64,000 bases of DNA from an uncultured Planctomycetota bacterium. Its GTDB lineage: Bacteria; Planctomycetota; Planctomycetia; Isosphaerales; Isosphaeraceae. The notes below the pieces were generated by a model. It searched no databases. It was not told the origin of the DNA and saw only the letters and a program-made list of their open reading frames with translations. A program made the position numbers and the translations under genes. The stretch is from contig CAWJTV010000042.1 in assembly GCA_963845755.1 (NCBI GenBank), positions 288,001 to 352,000 of the forward strand, read 5' to 3'. Shown piece by piece: positions 10,778 through 21,277 of this stretch; the stretch's first letter is position 1; each line of letters begins with the position of its first letter.

Positions 10778-11776
10778 TTACCGAGAATGAGGCGCAGGTG
10801 GTGAATCGGGTCCCGGTGGAGAGGAGAAGAAATCGACGGTCTGACGGATCGCCGGAAGGAGGAAGCCGACGGCTGAGTAATGCCCACAGTCGTACCAGCG
10901 GATCGGCGGTCGGCCCGCCGCTTCCCACAGGGCGCGGGCGGATGATGGAGGGATGACCTCGTCGACCTTGCCGGCCATCATGAACACCCGCTTGCCGGCG
11001 AGTCGCGAGGCGTAGGCCAGCGGATCGAAGGGATCCGTGAGCGCCTTCAGATCGCCCAGAGTCCGGCCGGACTCGATCCAACCTGCGCGAAAGGCCGCGC
11101 CTTCCGGCATTTCCCAGATGACCTTGGAAAGATCGCCGCCTGCCAGCAAGAACGCGCCTTCGCGGATTGAGGGGTCCACGGCCGCCGCGATGGACGACAC
11201 AATTCCGCCCAGGCTGATCCCAGCGACGCCCAGCCGCTGACCGTCTATATCCTGGCGGCTGTTCAACCAGCATGCGGCGCGACGGACGTCGCAGATGCCC
11301 TGGCGCATGGCGGTCACCGTCCGTTCGATGTCCGCGGACAGGAACCGCTTGGAGTTCAAGCCTCCGCGCGCGGGCCGGCGCTCGCCGTAATACGGCAGCT
11401 TCACGAAGAGCGCCGCAACGCCTCGATCGGCCAGCCGAGCGGCCATATACCGCGAGAGCGGGAAATCCGCTCCGAGGATGTGGAGCACGATCACGGCGGG
11501 GCGCTTCGGGCCGGCGAGGGTGGGGACAAAGTATTCGGCGTGAACCACGTTGTTCTCGGGGTCGACGGTCGTGACCGGCGAGGGAAAGCGGAGGCGAGAG
11601 ACTGTATAACCTGGGGTCCTGAGCACCGGCTCCAACTCATAGGAAAAGGCCGCTGGCTCAAGTCGGAACCGTTCCGGGACCGAGGACTCCTCGGGTCCCG
11701 GCCGGAACACGACCTCCCCGCGCTCGATGGGAGGGGACGCGATCATCAGGGCCGAAACCAGGAGAACGATGCCCAT
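10778..11776 (-). CDS. Secreted alpha/beta hydrolase
   Basis: Hydrophobic N-terminus; nucleophile GISLGG, DEVIP, CGHYS. Confidence 0.85.
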   Translation of the reverse strand: MGIVLLVSALMIASPPIERGEVVFRPGPEESSVPERFRLEPAAFSYELEPVLRTPGYTVSRLRFPSPVTTVDPENNVVHAEYFVPTLAGPKRPAVIVLHILGADFPLSRYMAARLADRGVAALFVKLPYYGERRPARGGLNSKRFLSADIERTVTAMRQGICDVRRAACWLNSRQDIDGQRLGVAGISLGGIVSSIAAAVDPSIREGAFLLAGGDLSKVIWEMPEGAAFRAGWIESGRTLGDLKALTDPFDPLAYASRLAGKRVFMMAGKVDEVIPPSSARALWEAAGRPPIRWYDCGHYSAVGFLLPAIRQTVDFFSSPPGPDSPPAPHSR

Positions 11777-11945
11777 GGAACGATCTGGCTCCTGTCGTGT
11801 TCAGAGCCCCGACGTTCGTCGGGGCCTGGAGGCCCCCGCAGAACCTGGGGCCATGATCGTGGATGTATACCCGCGGTTGCCACAAGGACCGACTTGATTT
11901 AGATTAAGGCCCCTCACTGGCCGAGGGGAAGGGAGTTCCGGTTCG

Positions 11946-13016
11946 ATGACACGGTCGTCCGCTCGCCTGGCAGGGATTGAACCCGGTCGCGTCTGTATCA
12001 TCAAGCCCAGCTCGTTGGGGGACGTGATCCACGCCATGCCCATCCTCTCGGCGTTGCGCCGGCGGTGGCCGACGGCGCACCTGGCCTGGGTCGTGAACCG
12101 ACCCTTCCGCGAAGTCCTCCAGGGCCACCCCGATCTCGACGAATTGATCGTCTTCAGCCGGGGACACGAGATGGCCGGGCTGCTGTGGCGTCTTGCCCAC
12201 GGCCGGTACGACCTGACCATCGATTTGCAGGGTCTGTTGCGCTCGGCGCTGATGACGGCGGCGACTCATGCGAAGGTTCGTGTCGGCGCGGCGGATGCAC
12301 GTGAGGGGGCCCGCTGGTTCTACACGCACCGCATCGATGCGCCTCGGCTCGGCATTCACGCCGTGGATCGCGTACTCCGGGTCGCCGCTGCACTGGGGGC
12401 GGATGTCACCGAGACGCGATTCCACTTACCAATCCCAGAACAAGATCAGCGTTGGGCGCGGCAGACCTTGAAGGCCGTGTCGCGGCCGCGCGTCATCCTC
12501 AATCTCGGTACACGATGGCCGACAAAGCGCTGGCCGCCGCATCATTTCGCCGAGATCGCCCGCCGCGCCGTCTCGGAATTCGGCGCCGGCCTGGTTGCCG
12601 TGGGGGCGGCAGAGGACCGGCCGCTGGTCAACGCCCTGGCCGGTCATATCGCACCGCTGCGCGTGCTCGATCTGTGCGGTCAGACTCGGCTCCCTCAGCT
12701 CGCGGCCCTCAGCCTCGAGGCCGATCTGATGATCTCCAATGATACTGGGCCGCTCCACCTCGCCGCGGCCGTCGGCGCCCAGGTGCTGGGGATCTATACT
12801 TGCACCGACCCGAGTTTGACCGGCCCGATCGGTCCACGAGTTGCCACGGTGCAAAGCCACGTCTGGTGTTCGCCGAGCTTCCGCAAGAGCTGCAATCGCC
12901 TCGAATGCATGGCCGAACTGATACCCGATCGTGTCTGGCCGCAAGTGAAGGATCAGCTCACAAAGGCCCTCACTCCCATTCACCACGTCCCGTCGAACGG
13001 ACCCTGGCCTAACTGA
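11946..13016 (+). CDS. Glycosyltransferase family 9 (LPS heptosyltransferase-like)
   Basis: IIKPSSLGDVIH, DLQGLLRS, TKRWP, ISNDTGPLHLAAA. Confidence 0.9.
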   Translation: MTRSSARLAGIEPGRVCIIKPSSLGDVIHAMPILSALRRRWPTAHLAWVVNRPFREVLQGHPDLDELIVFSRGHEMAGLLWRLAHGRYDLTIDLQGLLRSALMTAATHAKVRVGAADAREGARWFYTHRIDAPRLGIHAVDRVLRVAAALGADVTETRFHLPIPEQDQRWARQTLKAVSRPRVILNLGTRWPTKRWPPHHFAEIARRAVSEFGAGLVAVGAAEDRPLVNALAGHIAPLRVLDLCGQTRLPQLAALSLEADLMISNDTGPLHLAAAVGAQVLGIYTCTDPSLTGPIGPRVATVQSHVWCSPSFRKSCNRLECMAELIPDRVWPQVKDQLTKALTPIHHVPSNGPWPN

Positions 13017-13168
13017 CTACGTAGCGATCCACTTCTGCGGCGATCTCATGCGGCGGACTGCGCTGTTGTTCGACCGGCGCGGATCGCGTAAATTAGGGCC
13101 GCGTCTGAGCATCCATCATTTCGACGGTTCTTTCCTCCCTTGGTGGGTCGGAGCCAGGAGCGGGTGTT

Positions 13169-14846
13169 ATGAGTTCGGTCGCGGCGAGTTCTCGCAATAC
13201 GGGCCGGGAACCGGCGCCCTTTGCGCCGCTTCGTGAGTTGTCGCCCTTACCCGAAACATGGCGATCCCTGCCCGAGGCGTTCGTCCACTCGGTGCGGCGC
13301 CATCGCTCGAAAACCGCTGTGGCCGATAGTACCGGCGCCACTTTGACTTATGGTGAGACGTTCCGCAACGCGCTCATCCTGGGGCGCGTCCTGTCGCGAT
13401 CATGGGGAGACGCCACCCATATCGGCTTGATGGTCCCACCGACCGTACCGGCCGCCGTGGCCAATCTCGCTGTCTCGCTGTGGGGGAAGATCCCGGTCAA
13501 TCTCAACTACAGCGCCAATCAAGAGGTAGTTGAACTCCTCGGTCAACCAATGTGGGATCACCCACGTGCTGACCTCCGCGAAGGTCCTCGACAAGTTCAA
13601 TATCGTGCCCAAGGGCACGCTGATCCTGCTGGAAGACATCCGCAAGCAGGTGCCGTTGGTGGATAAGCTCTGGGGCGCCGCGGTTGCCAAGGTCGTCCCC
13701 ATAAAGCTCCTGAGTGCCTTCGTACCCGGGCTGCGCGGCGATCGGCTCGACGCGGAGGCCACGGTCATATTCACCTCGGGGTCGACCGGCGATCCCAAAG
13801 GCGTAATGCTCTCGCATCGGAATATCCTCAGCAATGCCCACCAGATCGAGGAACAGGTGCATCTCCAGCCGGATGAGGTCGTGCTGGGAATCCTGCCGTT
13901 CTTCCACTCGTTTGGATTCACGGTCACGATCTGGACGGCGATGGCCCTCGGCAAGAAGGTGGTCTATCACTTCAATCCCCTCGATGCCCGGACGATCGGC
14001 AAGCTCTGCGACGAGCACAAGGTGACCCTCCTGATCGGCACGCCATCGTTCACCCGGTTCTACTTGAAGAGCTGCGAGCCAAGCCAGTTCCGGACGCTCA
14101 CTCACCTGATCCTCGGAGCCGAGAAGCTCAAGCCCGAGTTCGCCCGGGAAATCCAGGAGGTCCTGGGCATCGAACCCCTGGAGGGCTATGGGTGCACGGA
14201 ACTCTCTCCGGTCGTTGCCGTGAACGTCCCGCGCGAGGTCGAACTACCGGGCGGGCGCACCGTTCACGGGAACCGACTGGGGACGGTGGGTTTGCCAATG
14301 CCGGGCACGGCGATCAAGACGATCGACCCGGAATCGGGCGCGGATCTTGCCCCGGGCGCCGAGGGGATCATCGCCGTGAAGGGTCCGCAGGTGATGGTCG
14401 GTTATCTCAAGCGGCCCGAAGCCACGGCCCAGGTGATCCGCGACGGTTGGTATACGACCGGCGACCTCGGATTCGTCGACGCCGACGGTTTCCTCAAGAT
14501 CACCGATCGGATCAGCCGTTTTTCGAAGATCGCCGGTGAGATGGTCCCTCATCTCTCGATCGAATCGGCGATCGTCGAGATCACGGGGGTCGATGAGAAT
14601 CAGGTGGCCGTCGCCGGTCTGCCCGATCCGAAGCATGGAGAGAAGCTCTGCGTGCTCTACACGGACCTCGGGATGACGCCCGCGGAAGTTCAGCAGCGGC
14701 TCACTGCGGGATCGCTCCCGAAGCTCTGGATCCCCTCGGCCCGGGATTTCATCCAGATCGACCAGATTCCCATCACAGCAACCGGCAAGATTGACCTGCG
14801 AGGCCTCCGCCAGATCGCCCTCGAGCGGCAGCGGGCGAATCCTTGA
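13169..14846 (+). CDS. AMP-binding acyl-ACP synthetase (Aas C-terminal-like; frameshift near 13530)
   Basis: IFTSGSTGDPKGV, LEGYGCTE, WYTTGDLG, SRFSKIAGEMV, TGKID. Confidence 0.88.
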
Positions 14847-14958
14847 ATCCTACCTTCTCGACAAAAACCGCAGCGCAAAATCCGATGTCATGGGTTTATT
14901 CCAGGAGGGATACTGTGTAAGAATAAGTAATGCGGCTTGAAAGGTGAGGGAGAATCCG

Positions 14959-16306
14959 ATGGCGGTGGTGATCCGGGTCACGTCAGGCCCCCACTCTGGT
15001 CAGGAGTATCTGGTCAACCGCCGGCAAACGTTCATGGTGGGCCGATCGTCGCGCGTGCATTTCCCGATGACGAAGGACCTGCTCCTGTCCCGCGAGCATT
15101 TCCGGATCGAGAATCAGCCTCCGCTCTGCCACCTGATGGATCTGGGTAGCACCAACGGCACCAAGGTCAACGGTTTACGCGTCGAGCGGGTCCAGCTCCG
15201 CGAAGGGGACGTCATCTCGGCAGGAGATAGCTCGTTCACCGTGCATTTCGCCGAGAGCTCCGGCGATGGCGAGTCGATGGCGACCTGTGCGGGCTGCGGT
15301 AAGCGAATCCCTGTCGAGGATCCGATGGATCGTCCGCAATCGCGCTCGGATCTCGCCAGTGACGAGGCCAGTGTCGTCTGGCTTTGCCAGGATTGCCAGG
15401 CGAGGCGGTTGAAGTTCCCCAAGACCGATCCCGACTATCTGATCGAGGAATGGATCGGCGGTGGTGGCATGGGCGAGGTCTTCCGGGCCCGGCAACTGTC
15501 GAAGAACCGTCCGGTCGCCATCAAGATGATGAGTGCAAACAGTGCGGTCGGAGACAAGGCCAATGAGTACTTCCGGCGTGAGATGGAGGTCCTTCGGGAC
15601 TTGCTGATGCCGAGCGGCCAATGCCATCATAGCATCGTGGCGTTTTACGAAATCTATGAGATCGACGCGCAGTTCCAACTGGTGATGGAGTACGTCGACG
15701 GTAAGAACGCCCTGGAATGGACCCGCGCGCTGAAAGGCCCGCTTCCCTGCTTCGCGGCAGCCCAGGTCGGCAAGCACCTGCTCTCCGCCCTGGATTACGC
15801 CGCATTCCAAGGGTTACGTCCACCGGGACGTCAAGCCGTCCAATTTGCTCGTGATGGGGCCGCCTCATCGGCCGCGCGTGAAGCTCACGGACTTCGGGCT
15901 GGCCAAGAGCTTCGACGAGGCCGAGGGTTTCTCGACGTTGACCCGCCAGGGAGATGTGGGCGGCTCGATCGGGTTCATCTCCCCCGATCACATCCGCGAC
16001 TTCCGCGAGGTCCGCGAACCGGCCGACATTTACAGCGCCGGTGCGACGTTGTTCTATCTCCTGACGAACCGCTATCCCTACCTGGGATTCGACCCCCGTC
16101 AGCCCGGCTCCTACGAGATCATCTTGCAGCATCCTCCGGTGCCGCTGAGGGCGTTCCGGCCGGATGCGCCGGAGGGCCTGGAACGCGTCTTGCTCAAGTC
16201 GATGCAGAAGCAGCCGCGGGACCGCTGGAAATCGGCCCGCGCGATGGCCGATGCATTGCGGCCGTTCCTGTTCTCCGCGCCCGCTCGCGTCGATGTCAGT
16301 CCCTGA
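14959..16306 (+). CDS. FHA + CxxC..CxxC + Ser/Thr protein kinase (frameshift near 15805)
   Basis: FHA GR..SREH..GSTNGT; CAGC/CQDC; GGGGMGEV, VAIK, HRDVKPSN, DFGLAK, DIYSAG. Confidence 0.9.
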
Positions 16307-16552
16307 CGCGGATCGCCTCCCCACGGCGCGAAACCCCGGGGGCCGTCCACCTGATAACAGGTGGAGGAACAGGTGGGGCCGCCGGACCCCAACTCATCAA
16401 GATCAACTTTGTAAATAATATATTTTAATATTTATTAATATAGTGTAATTTATGCGAATTGTCCTCACGCCGCTCCGGAGTTGGATGCGCCGAGAAGGAG
16501 GACAGGCCCAAGGGCGTTGGGCCCGCGGTTGACGGACCCAAATCGGGCCGGG

Positions 16553-16582
16553 AGACTGTCCCCTTTATCCTCCGCGGAGGAT
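16553..16582. repeat. REP-like remnant with perfect 16-bp palindrome
   Basis: GACTGTCCCCTTT followed by ATCCTCCGCGGAGGAT (16567-16582), between convergent genes. Confidence 0.4.
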
Positions 16583-16587
16583 GATGG

Positions 16588-17805
16588 TCAGCGTTGCCGC
16601 GCCGCGATGAACGACGCACGGACCAGGATTTCATTCTTCTCGTAGGTCGAATTGGGCATCAAGCAGGTCCGGACTGCCTGGCCACGGGAGAAATACTGGC
16701 GGTAAATCCGGTTCATGGGCTCGTAGTCCTTCATGTCGCGGAGGTAGACACATCCCGACGCGATGTCTTCGAGGGCCAGCCCGGCTGCTTCGAGGACGGC
16801 CGTGTGGTTCCGACCCATTTGATGAACCTGTTCGCCCAGATCGCCCGCCACTAGGCCTCCTGTGGACCGGGAGCCGGAAAGGGCCGAGACGTACAGGGTA
16901 TTCCCTGCCCAGACCGCGGGGTTGCCCGCCACGGCGCCGTCCATCGAATCGTCCTTCCACCCGGCCGGCCGGACCAGCTTACGGCCGGCCAGGTCGGTGG
17001 TGGCGATACAGGTGACCTCGACGTGCGAGCCGCCGGGGATCCAATCGACGAATACGGTGGAACAGGCGGGCTCGTTGCCGTCGTCGAAGAATTCCTGGTA
17101 GACCTTGTTGGCCGCTTCCAGGTTCTCGTACTTGTCGAGGAAGACGTGGCTCATGACGACGTGTCGGAAGTCGAGCCCGGCTTGCTTGAGCGTGGCCTCG
17201 ACGTTCTTCATCGCCTGCCGGACCTGGTCCTCGAAGGTCGCGGGGTGGCCGCCGCCGGGGAGCTGATCCCCCTTGCCCGAGACATAGAGCGTGTCGCCCG
17301 CAAGGATGCCGGGGCTGTACGGGAAGCCGGCGGGCGGTTCGCCGATCCGCTTCTTCTCCGCGAGGTCGGTATAGGCGATGCATGTGATCTCCAGCCGAGA
17401 GGGGCCGGGCACCTGCGCCACACCGAGCGTCGTCCGCGCCGGCGGGTCCTCCGGGAAGAACTTGGCGTAGTATTTGTTCATCTCGGCGTACTTGTCGCGA
17501 TCTTCGAGATAGACGAACGACTTGACCACATGCTTCATGTCGAGTCCGGCCGACTGCAACGACTTGCGGATCTCGCCGAGGCAATTCTCGACCTTCTCGG
17601 GGAATTCCGCGTTGGGGCGATAGTCGCCCTTGCCCGAGATGTATAGGGTCTTGCCGACCTTGGTCCCGGCTGCGAACAGGGTGCGCTTCTTCTTCGCCTC
17701 CTCGGTAACTTTCCTGGCGGGCGCCTGATCCTGCCCCGCGGCCGGCCGGACCAGTCCGAGAGCCACGATGACGGGTGCGACGACGATCAGACCGGTTCTT
17801 GTCAT
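16588..17805 (-). CDS. Signal-peptide-bearing protein with three tandem RidA (YjgF/UK114) domains
   Basis: MTRTGLIVVAPVIVALGLVRPAAG signal; three TLY(I/V)S repeats; PPARTT/RLEITCIA, EPACST/HVEVTCIA, AVRTC/VRASFIA. Confidence 0.85.
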   Translation of the reverse strand: MTRTGLIVVAPVIVALGLVRPAAGQDQAPARKVTEEAKKKRTLFAAGTKVGKTLYISGKGDYRPNAEFPEKVENCLGEIRKSLQSAGLDMKHVVKSFVYLEDRDKYAEMNKYYAKFFPEDPPARTTLGVAQVPGPSRLEITCIAYTDLAEKKRIGEPPAGFPYSPGILAGDTLYVSGKGDQLPGGGHPATFEDQVRQAMKNVEATLKQAGLDFRHVVMSHVFLDKYENLEAANKVYQEFFDDGNEPACSTVFVDWIPGGSHVEVTCIATTDLAGRKLVRPAGWKDDSMDGAVAGNPAVWAGNTLYVSALSGSRSTGGLVAGDLGEQVHQMGRNHTAVLEAAGLALEDIASGCVYLRDMKDYEPMNRIYRQYFSRGQAVRTCLMPNSTYEKNEILVRASFIAARQR

Positions 17806-18058
17806 GACAAAACTCCCCTGGGACCTCAACCCGGTTGCTGACTGATCCACTCCAGTCCACAATGGGGCTGAGTGTATCAGACGGTGCGGCCGCATTCTAT
17901 CGCCGAGCGGCTCGCAAGGTTCTCGACGCCAATCCGATTCTTTGTAAATGGGGAGGGCACGAACTCGACAACGGCCGTCGGCTGCCGCAAGATATGCGGT
18001 GAGTACGGCGCCTTGACCGCGTTCAACCCACACCGGTTCATCCTACCCGGACCCTGCC

Positions 18059-19442
18059 ATGAAACTGCTGCAAGCCTCCGTTCTCCTGCTCCTGGTGGGC
18101 ATGCGCCAGCGCCCAGCCGAAATACGACCTGCTGCTCCGCGGCGGCCACGTCATCGATCCCCGGAACCAGGTTGACGCCGTCCGAGACGTCGCCATTCGT
18201 CGCGGCATGGTCGCCGCGGTGGCCGAGAAGATCGACCCCGCCGAGGCCCTCAAGACGGTGGACCTCGGCGGCCTGTACGTAACCCCGGGACTCGTGGACA
18301 TCCACGTGCACGTCTACGCTGGCACCGGCGAGCGCCGGTCTTATGCCGGCGACAGCAGCGTCTATCCCGACGGCTTCGCGATCCGATCGGGCGTAACGGC
18401 CGTGGCCGACGCCGGTTGCGCGGGCTGGCGGAACTTCGAGGATTTCAAGACTCGGATCATCGACCGATCGCGCACTCGCGTCTTCGCGTTCTTGAACATC
18501 GTCGGCCACGGCATGAGGGGCTTCCGTTATGAGCAAGACGTCAAAGACATGGACCCCAAGCCGGCGGCCGAGATGGCCTTGAAATACAAGGGCCTGATCG
18601 TGGGGATCAAGACGGCGCACTTCTCGGGCCGGGATTTCACGGCGGTAGACCGGGCCGTCGAGGCGGGGACGATGGCCAAGATCCCCGTGATGGTCGACTT
18701 CGGCCGGGTCGCACCCACCAAATCCCTCGAGTCGCTGCTGACCCAGAAGCTTCGGCCCGGTGACATCTACACTCACGTCTACTCGGGATTGCGGAACGAG
18801 CTGGACCGCTCGGGCCACGCCAACCCCGCGCTATTCGAGGGCCGCAAGCGTGGGGTGATCTTCGACGTCGGCCATGGCGGCGGCAGCTTCGCCTGGCGCG
18901 TCGCCGTACCGATCATCCAGGAGGGCCTCCTCCCCGATTCGATCTCGACCGACATCCATACCAGCAGCCAGAACGGCAGTGTCAAGGACATGCTGAACGT
19001 GATGAGTAAGTTCCTGGCCCTGGGCATGCCGACGAACGAGGTGATCCTCCGCTCCACCTGGAACCCGGCTCGGGAGATCCATCAGGAACAGCTAGGCCAC
19101 CTCTCGGTCGGGGCGCCGGCCGACGTGGCCGTCCTGCGGCTCGAGCAGGGCGACTTCGGCTTCACCGACGTCTACGGCGCCCGCCTGAGCGGCCATCAAC
19201 GACTGACCTGCGAGATGACCCTGCGCGGTGGTCGGATCGTCTACGAGTTGAACGGTCTGTCTCGCCCCGACTGGAGAACGCTGCCGAAGAACTACCGGTC
19301 CACGGGAAGTCCCCGATGGGATGGGATCCGGAGTTCCAACGGCGGACTTACCCGAGAAGCCCGGCTCCTCGAGGTCGTGACGACTCCTCGACCGCCGATC
19401 GATGGGCAACTGACGGCGAGTCGTCCCGAAGTCGCGCCGTGA
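18059..19442 (+). CDS. Amidohydrolase/deacetylase family metallohydrolase with signal peptide (frameshift near 18105)
   Basis: MKLLQASVLLLLVG..AQPKYDLLLRGGHVIDP; TPGLVDIHVH, GIKTAH, FDVGHGGGSF, SISTDIH. Confidence 0.85.
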
Positions 19443-19477
19443 ATCCCCCCAGGAACCTTCACCATTGGAGCCCAAAC

Positions 19478-20689
19478 ATGAGCCAACCCAAGACCAAGCG
19501 CCGCGCGTTTCTCGGCGCCCTGGCCGGTGCGCCGGCCCTGCCGTTGTTGCTCCCCGGCGAGGCCACAGTCGCCGCGGAGAGTGCGACCGGCCGTGACGTG
19601 CTCCAGGAGCTGGGCGTCCGCTCGTTCATCAACGCGGGCGGTACGTTCACGGCCTATACGGGATCCCTGATGCGTCCCGAGGTTGTCGCGGCGATGCAGG
19701 TCGCCTCGCGGAAGTTCGTCAAGCTCGAAGACCTGCACGAGGCCGTGGGCAAACGGATCGCGGAGCTCCTGACCTGCCCGGCGGCGCTGGTGACCTCGGG
19801 ATGTGCCTCGGCGCTCGCACTGGCCACGGCGGCCTGCGTCGCCGGCAAGGACACCAGGCGCATCCGCCAACTGCCCGACACCACCGGCATGAAGAACGAG
19901 GTCATCGTCCAGAGGACCCACCGCGTCGGCTACGACCACGCCATCCGCAATGCGGGCGTCAAGTTGGTCGAGGTCGGCACTCGCGAGCAGTTGGAGAAGG
20001 CCATCAGCGAGAAGACCGCTATGATGTTCTTCCTCAACTTCGCCGATCCGAGCGGGCGAATCCACCACGAGGAATTCGTCGCGATCGCGAAGGCGCACGA
20101 GATTCCCACGCTGATCGACGCCGCGGCGGATGTCCCGCCGGTCGAGAACCTATGGAAGTACACCAAGATGGGATTCGACCTGGTGGGCTTCTCCGGCGGT
20201 AAGGGGCTGCGTGGGCCGCAGTCCGCGGGCCTGCTTCTGGGCCGCAAGGACCTGATCGAGGCCGCCCGGCTCAACAACAGCCCCAACGGCGACACCCTCT
20301 GCCGGACCAACAAGGTCAACAAGGAAGAGATCATCGGCATGCTGGTGGCCCTGGAAACCTACCTGAAGCTGGACCATGCCGCCGAGTGGAAGGACTGGGA
20401 GGACCGCTGCCGGCGCATCACCGAGGCGCTCAAGGAATTCCCGGATGTCAAGACCCAGGTAAACGTGCCTCGGATTGCCAACGCCGTGCCGCACTTGCAA
20501 ATCCGCTGGGACTACCAGGGACGCAAGGTCAGCGTGGCGGACATGGTCAAGAAGCTCCGCGAGGGCAAGCCGAGCATCGAGGTAAGCCCCGGGGCGCGAT
20601 CGCCGCTGGCCATCGGCGTCTGGATGATGGAGCCCGGCGAGGACGAGATCGTGGGCCGGCGCATCCGGGAGATCCTCGCCGGGTCGTAG
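19478..20689 (+). CDS. SelA-like/DgaE-family PLP-dependent enzyme with twin-arginine signal
   Basis: KRRAFLGALAGAPALPLL; INAGGTFTAYTGS, IDAAAD, FSGGKGLRGPQSAG (PLP lysine), KVNKEE. Confidence 0.85.
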   Translation: MSQPKTKRRAFLGALAGAPALPLLLPGEATVAAESATGRDVLQELGVRSFINAGGTFTAYTGSLMRPEVVAAMQVASRKFVKLEDLHEAVGKRIAELLTCPAALVTSGCASALALATAACVAGKDTRRIRQLPDTTGMKNEVIVQRTHRVGYDHAIRNAGVKLVEVGTREQLEKAISEKTAMMFFLNFADPSGRIHHEEFVAIAKAHEIPTLIDAAADVPPVENLWKYTKMGFDLVGFSGGKGLRGPQSAGLLLGRKDLIEAARLNNSPNGDTLCRTNKVNKEEIIGMLVALETYLKLDHAAEWKDWEDRCRRITEALKEFPDVKTQVNVPRIANAVPHLQIRWDYQGRKVSVADMVKKLREGKPSIEVSPGARSPLAIGVWMMEPGEDEIVGRRIREILAGS

Positions 20690-20795
20690 GGCCCGGCTTC
20701 TCGGCGCGGGGAATATGAAAGAATCGATTCAAAAAGAGACTGTCGCAAGAGAACCGGGTTCTGCTCAGAGGAAGTATCGGTGGGCCCATGGGATC

Positions 20796-20825
20796 CTCGT
20801 TCCCACGCTCCCGCGTGGGAACGAG
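20796..20825. repeat. REP-like perfect hairpin
   Basis: CTCGTTCCCACGC-TCCC-GCGTGGGAACGAG, 13-bp stem. Confidence 0.75.
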
Positions 20826-21277
20826 TGAGGCCGAGACAGTGGATCGGTGGCGATTCCGCACGGCGATGGCCCTGTTGAGGCATGAGGTAAAGACGGCCTT
20901 GGAGGAGGGGCTGCGCTGCCTGTGCGCCGACGAGGGGGGGCCTGCGCCGAGATCCAGCGGGTGGAGGAGAGCCTGTGGACATTCGCGCGGGTCGTGGATG
21001 TACCGCCGACGAACAATGCCGCGGAGCGCACCGAGCGGCACGCGGTGATCTGGCGTCGGATCAGCGGTGGTACGGACAGGCGCAGGGGAGCCGATTTGTA
21101 GAGCGGGTGCTGACGGTGGTGGCCACCTGCCGCCAGCAAGGGCGGAACGTGCTGGACTACCTGACATCCTGCTTCGAGGCAGTTCGTAGTGGCCAGGCGA
21201 TCCCCTCCCTCTTGCCAGCGGAACCACCAAAGGTCAAGGTTGCCTGATACCGGCTATTCCGCTCCGTTAACGGTTGA
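20826..21277 (+). mobile_element. IS66-family transposase 3' remnant (degenerate)
   Basis: Frame-shifted LWTFARV, PPTNNAAER, HAVIWRRISGGTD, GSRFVERVLTVVATCRQQGRNVLDYL; degenerate end CCGTTAACGGTTGA near 21264. Confidence 0.85.

Noticed and set aside
19478..20689. True selenocysteine synthase selA
   Set aside because: Twin-Arg signal, no selB/selC/selD nearby, and amidohydrolase/RidA context fit the DgaE-like subfamily
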